From Nitrospirota bacterium (GTDB taxonomy: Bacteria > Nitrospirota > Thermodesulfovibrionia > Thermodesulfovibrionales > Dissulfurispiraceae), in contig CAVPZX010000002.1 in the NCBI GenBank assembly GCA_963710375.1, positions 800,001-864,000 of the forward strand: a DNA stretch of 64,000 bases, read 5' to 3'. The position numbers were made by a program, and so were the translations under genes. Of this stretch, positions 59,730-64,000 are shown piece after piece; the stretch's first letter is position 1, and every line of letters starts with the position of its first letter. A model generated the notes under the pieces. It was given only the letters and a program-made list of their open reading frames with translations. It did no database searches and was not told where the DNA came from.

Positions 59730-62691
59730 ACTTGTCAACGGATTGTAACTGTCTGAATTTGCCTTGTTCGACTTTTTTGCTTTGTTTCCATATATAATCA
59801 CCGGTCAGGTTAATATGTTCCCAGCCCAGCGGTGACAAATGCTGCAGCAGATTTTCATCTACCCTCTGGCCTTGAGCTTTTAGCGCGGTCACTGCACGTT
59901 CCAGGTAGACAGTATTCCAGAGTATGATTGCTGCCACAACTATATTGAGTCCGCTGGCACGGTAACGCTGGTTTTCAAAACTGCGATCGCGCATTTCACC
60001 CAGGCGGTTGAAGAAAACGGCGCGAGCCAGGGCGTTCTTGGCTTCGCCCTTGTTCAGACCGATCTGCACGCGGCGGCGCAACTCGACGTTTTGCATCCAT
60101 TCGAGAGTAAACAAAGTGCGCTCAATGCGACCCAGCTCGCGCAGCGCTACTGCAAGCCCATTCTGACGGGGATAGCTTCCCAGTTTTCTCAGCATTAACG
60201 ACGCAGTCACCGTCCCCTGTTTAATCGAGGTCGCCAAGCGCAGGATATCGTCCCAATGTGCTCGAATCTGTTTTTGGTTAATGCCGCCCCCGATCAATCC
60301 CGATAACACCGGGTATGCCTTCTGTTTTCCCGGCACAAAGAGCCGCTTGTCAGCTAGGTCTCGGATGCGCGGAGCGAAGCGGAATCCTAACAGGTGCATC
60401 AAGGCGAAGACATGATCGGTAAAGCCCGCCGTATCGGTGTAATGTTCTTCGATCCGGAGGTCAGATTCATGATGCAGCAGGCCATCCAGGACGTAGGTTG
60501 CATCGCGGACCGTCGCGTTGATGACCTGACTATGAAAGGGCGCGTACTGGTCGGATATATGCGTGTAGAACAGCACGCCGGGCTCGCTGCCATATTTGGC
60601 ATTGACGTGGCCGGATGCTCCACCGCTTCCTCCAGCACGGAACCGCTGGCCGTCAGATGATGATGTTGTACCATCACCCCAATAAGCGGCAAAAGATTGT
60701 TGATATTGTGCATTGACCAAGTCAGCCAAGGCAGTCGAATAGGTTTCATCACGGATATGCCAAGCCTGTAGCCATGAAAGCTTGGCATAAGTAGTGCCGG
60801 GGCAGGATTCCGCCATCTTGGTCAGCCCCAAATTGATAGCATCCGCCAGAATTGCCGTCAACAGCAGCACCCGGTCTGTTGCGGCATCCCCGCTTTTAAG
60901 GTGGGTGAAGTGGCGAGCAAATCCTGTCCAGTTATCAACCTCCAGTAATAGCTCGGTGATTTTAAGGTGAGGAAGAAGAGCATAAGCCTGCCGCATCAGC
61001 AACTCAGCCTCTTCCGGCACAGCGTTGGTCAAAGGGGTGATCTTGAGCCCCGCTTCAGTTACACTCGCATCGGGCAACTGATCTTTCCCAGCCATGCCAT
61101 TAACAGTTTCGAACTCTTTTTCCAGCAGTGCGAGCTGCTCAGCAAGGTATGAATCACAGTCTGGGACAACCGCCAAGGGCAATTCTTCACGCTCACGTAA
61201 AGATGCGAACATTTCCCTTGGAAGAAGGTACTCCTCGAAATCCTTGAATTGGCGGGAGCCCTGTATCCAAATATCACCTGAGCGCAGGGCATTCTTCAAC
61301 TCGGTCAGGGCGCACAGCTCATAGAACCGACGGTCAATGCCAGTATCGGTAAAGACAAGACTCTCCCAGCGCTTTCGGACAAAGCCGGTCGGCGCGTCAG
61401 TGGGCACCTTGCGGGAGCTGTCGACATTCATTACTCTCAGCATATCGACAGCGTCCATTAAATCCTGTGCAGCGGGAGTAGCCTTCAGTTGCAGGGCTTG
61501 AAGAAATGCGGGGGCATAGCGCCGTATCTGCGTATATCCATCACCGATCCGATTCAAATAGTCGAAGTCCTCGGCCCGAGCAAGTTTCTGTGCTTCATTA
61601 ATGCTCCGGGTGAAATCCTCCCACGGTATGATAGCCTCGATTGCAGCAAATGGGTCTCTACCGTTCTGCTTGGCGTCCAACAGCGCTTGACCAATCCGAC
61701 AGTACATACGGACTTTTTCATTGATTACCTTTCCTGACTGCTGGAACTCCTCGGCGTGGTTGCGTTTTGCACGACTGAACAGGGCGCCGATAATACGGTC
61801 GTGCATATCCACGACCTCATCGATTAGCGTCGCACGGGTTTCAAGCGCTATTGCTGCCAGTGTGGCATGACGGCGGACAGATTCGAAATCACGCAAGTGC
61901 TGAGCTGTCATTTGTCCACCTTCCCGCGCTATTTTAAGTAAACGGTTTTGGTGTACTTGCCTTTCCAGCCCTACAGGCAGGTTAAGTTCTGCGATTGATT
62001 TCAGACGCTCTATGTGTTCAAGAAGATGTCTGGCTTTAGGAGCGCCTGATGGTTGCCTAAGCCATGCCATTACACTGGTTTTGGACTGCGGCCGTAGTTC
62101 CAATAGCGCATTGAGCTGAGCGCATTGTTTTTTGTCCAATGACCCAGCCAAAGTATTATAGATTCGTCGTGTTCCACGAACGATGGCTTCCTTGCAAAGC
62201 CGCTCGATGACATTGATGGCCGGAATGATAATCTGCTTTTTGCGAAGATCCTGCACCACAGCAGTTGCCAGTACAACGCCTTTGTCTGTCTGCGTAGCCA
62301 TATCAGCGAGCCATTGCACATGATTTCGGTAATGAGAGACAGAAAAAGGTTTAAAGCCGAATGCAGCCTGCAACTCAAGCAGGTGCTCCCGGCGCGTTTC
62401 CGCTCTTTCGGCATATTCGGGCCACCCTGCAGGGTCCGCCTTTACCTGCTGAGCCACAATCTGAAGCACAGTATTAGGCGGCGTATCATTGACCGGTAAC
62501 GCATAGCCCGGATACCGAAGGTAGCATAGCTGGACGGCAAAGCCCAATCGGTTATGATCTCCGCGATGCTGGAAGATGAGCGACAAGTCTTTTTCAGAAA
62601 ATGAATAGTGCTGGACCAGTTCATCTTCATCGCTCGGAAAAGCAAACAATGATGCGCGTTCGGCAGCTGTTAGTAAGGAGCGTCGGGACAT
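59725..62691 (-). CDS. tnpA: Tn3-family transposase
   Basis: 988 aa; [54 protein letters not shown]. Confidence 0.97.
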   Translation of the reverse strand: MSRRSLLTAAERASLFAFPSDEDELVQHYSFSEKDLSLIFQHRGDHNRLGFAVQLCYLRYPGYALPVNDTPPNTVLQIVAQQVKADPAGWPEYAERAETRREHLLELQAAFGFKPFSVSHYRNHVQWLADMATQTDKGVVLATAVVQDLRKKQIIIPAINVIERLCKEAIVRGTRRIYNTLAGSLDKKQCAQLNALLELRPQSKTSVMAWLRQPSGAPKARHLLEHIERLKSIAELNLPVGLERQVHQNRLLKIAREGGQMTAQHLRDFESVRRHATLAAIALETRATLIDEVVDMHDRIIGALFSRAKRNHAEEFQQSGKVINEKVRMYCRIGQALLDAKQNGRDPFAAIEAIIPWEDFTRSINEAQKLARAEDFDYLNRIGDGYTQIRRYAPAFLQALQLKATPAAQDLMDAVDMLRVMNVDSSRKVPTDAPTGFVRKRWESLVFTDTGIDRRFYELCALTELKNALRSGDIWIQGSRQFKDFEEYLLPREMFASLREREELPLAVVPDCDSYLAEQLALLEKEFETVNGMAGKDQLPDASVTEAGLKITPLTNAVPEEAELLMRQAYALLPHLKITELLLEVDNWTGFARHFTHLKSGDAATDRVLLLTAILADAINLGLTKMAESCPGTTYAKLSWLQAWHIRDETYSTALADLVNAQYQQSFAAYWGDGTTSSSDGQRFRAGGSGGASGHVNAKYGSEPGVLFYTHISDQYAPFHSQVINATVRDATYVLDGLLHHESDLRIEEHYTDTAGFTDHVFALMHLLGFRFAPRIRDLADKRLFVPGKQKAYPVLSGLIGGGINQKQIRAHWDDILRLATSIKQGTVTASLMLRKLGSYPRQNGLAVALRELGRIERTLFTLEWMQNVELRRRVQIGLNKGEAKNALARAVFFNRLGEMRDRSFENQRYRASGLNIVVAAIILWNTVYLERAVTALKAQGQRVDENLLQHLSPLGWEHINLTGDYIWKQSKKVEQGKFRQLQSVDKS

Positions 62692-62704
62692 GCTTGATTC
62701 CGTG

Positions 62705-63262
62705 TCACTTTAAGTACTGATACAGGGTTTCCCGACTTATTCCAAATTCACTGGCAACCAGCGTTTTTTTCTCCCCCGCCTTGATCCTCGCCTTAAGATC
62801 GGCGATCTGGTCAGGGGTTAATTTAGGTTTTCTGCCCTTAAAGGCACCTCTTTGTTTGGCAAGAGAGATTCCTTCAAGCTGCCGCTCGCGGATCAACGCG
62901 CGTTCGAATTCCGCAAAAGCTCCCATGACGGACAACAAGAGATTCGACATAGGAGAATCCTCCCCCGTAAAGGTTAGGTTTTCTTTAATAAACTGTATTT
63001 TGATGCCCCGCGCTGTAAATGTTCGCACAATCTTACGCAGATCGTCCAGATTGCGAGCCAGGCGATCCATGCTGTGAACAATTACCGTATCGCCATCCCG
63101 TGCAAACTGCATTAGAGCTCCGAGCTCCGGTCGCCGGGTATCTTTGCCCGAGGCTTTATCAGTAAACACCTTGTCGAGGACAAGATCGTCAAGCTGGCGG
63201 GCAGTGTTCTGCTCAAAGGTGCTGACGCGAATATAACCGATTCTCTGGCCGTTCATTGTCAT
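62705..63262 (-). CDS. tnpR: Serine resolvase
   Basis: GYIRVST, DRLARN, FAEFER, C-terminal [13 protein letters not shown]. Confidence 0.95.
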   Translation of the reverse strand: MTMNGQRIGYIRVSTFEQNTARQLDDLVLDKVFTDKASGKDTRRPELGALMQFARDGDTVIVHSMDRLARNLDDLRKIVRTFTARGIKIQFIKENLTFTGEDSPMSNLLLSVMGAFAEFERALIRERQLEGISLAKQRGAFKGRKPKLTPDQIADLKARIKAGEKKTLVASEFGISRETLYQYLK

Positions 63263-63275
63263 CCTTCCATGAAAG

Positions 63276-63394
63276 TGTCAGAATGAAGTCTAAAATATTG
63301 GCGATGTCTTGTCAAGAAATAAAGATAATAAGCCTATTCTGACGGAATTATGAGTGTCACCTGACATCAAGTTAGAGTAGACTTCAACCTGACA
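63276..63394. promoter_or_regulatory. Resolvase res site
   Basis: Half-sites TGTCAGAATGAAGTCTA (63276-63292) and TAGACTTCAACCTGACA (63378-63394) in inverted orientation, plus CTATTCTGACG, upstream of tnpR. Confidence 0.75.
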
Positions 63395-63486
63395 TTAATG
63401 AGGAGGAGAAGAAGAAGAATATCATCTGTACACAATATATCTGCATGTGTTACAATGTGATTAGCTAAAATGAGAGGAGGGCAGGT

Positions 63487-63756
63487 ATGAGCACAACATT
63501 AACCATTAGGGTTGACAGCCAAACAAAAGACAGGCTTGATAAACTCGCAAAAGCAACAGATCGCAGTAAGTCGTACCTTGTTGCGAACGCCATTCAGGAT
63601 TTCCTTTCAATCAATGAGTGGCAGATTCAGGAAACATTGAAAACCATTCATAGGGCCGACCAGCCCGGAGCTGAGTTAGTTGACCATGAGAAAGTCGCGT
63701 CATGGCTTGATACGTGGGGTTCGAGTAAAGAGGAGGGGCCCCCGAAGTGCAAATAA
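63487..63756 (+). CDS. CopG/RHH antitoxin (ParD/RelB-like)
   Basis: TLTIRVD...RLDKLA.ATDRSKSYL; V.SWLDTWG C-terminus. Confidence 0.88.
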   Translation: MSTTLTIRVDSQTKDRLDKLAKATDRSKSYLVANAIQDFLSINEWQIQETLKTIHRADQPGAELVDHEKVASWLDTWGSSKEEGPPKCK

Positions 63757-64000
63757 AATGGACGGGGGACGCAATATCGGACCTTATAGAAATCAGGCGT
63801 TATATCGCTCAGGACAATCCTCGCGCGGCCAATGACGTTGCTCTGCGCATCAAAAAAACAGTACAGCTTTTGAGTGACCAGCCAAATATTGGGAAGCTGG
63901 GAAGGGCCGACGGAACGAGGGAGATTGTGATTTCAGGACTGCCCTACATTATCCCATACAGAGTAAAAAATAATGTAGTTCAGATTCTGCGAGTCTTTCA
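63747..64000 (+). CDS. RelE/ParE-family toxin, truncated by the window end
   Basis: Hand translation from GTG 63747: MQIKWTGDAISDLIEIRRYIAQDNPRAA...PNIGK.GR..GTRE.VI.GLPYIIPYRV....VQILRVF. Confidence 0.9.
   Translation, partial: MQIKWTGDAISDLIEIRRYIAQDNPRAANDVALRIKKTVQLLSDQPNIGKLGRADGTREIVISGLPYIIPYRVKNNVVQILRVF

Larger units (their letters stand above)
40451..64000. mobile_element. Tn7-like transposon/island inserted downstream of tRNA-Asn; far end not found in the window
   Basis: TGT terminus with repeated TnsB-type sites, tnsAB-tnsC-tniQ genes, defence-type cargo; right boundary unknown. Confidence 0.75.
59692..64000 (-). mobile_element. Tn3-family (Tn21/Tn501-like layout) transposon, other end beyond the window
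   Basis: IR, tnpA, tnpR and res in the co-oriented layout, followed by a TA pair. Confidence 0.88.

Overview
The window has two parts. Positions 1-40,420 are core chromosome of what looks like an anaerobic Gram-negative bacterium (gene content suggests Nitrospirota/Thermodesulfovibrionia or a deltaproteobacterium; inference only). It carries an acetate module (small membrane peptide, Na+/solute-symporter histidine kinase, sigma54 regulator, DUF294/CBS protein, OFA-family MFS, acs), gyrA, a NodIJ-like ABC-2 exporter, two tandem lipoproteins, ahpC, an MSHA-like type IV pilus cluster with an inserted GT-C/TPR glycosyltransferase, hemH/hemY, suhB, rlmD, dnaJ-hspR-clpB-hsp20, a MITE and tRNA-Asn(GTT). 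From 40,451 to the window end is an accessory island opening with a Tn7-like end (TGT plus three 17-bp TnsB-type sites) 33 bp downstream of tRNA-Asn. It encodes a TnsA-TnsB fusion, TnsC and a TniQ/TnsD with C-terminal HTH domains, transcribed divergently from a LexA/CI-type S24 repressor with palindromic operators between them. Cargo includes a XamI-family RM system, ApeA/HEPN-like, Schlafen/AlbA_2, DUF5677 and HNH genes, an integron-cassette-like gene, a divergent pair of paralogous CxxC mini-proteins, and a nested Tn3-family transposon with a ParDE-type toxin-antitoxin pair. No cas genes or CRISPR array were seen. Five of six apparent frameshifts can be repaired by one base to the same hexamer (CAGCTC), which points to methylation-linked base-calling errors rather than real pseudogenes.
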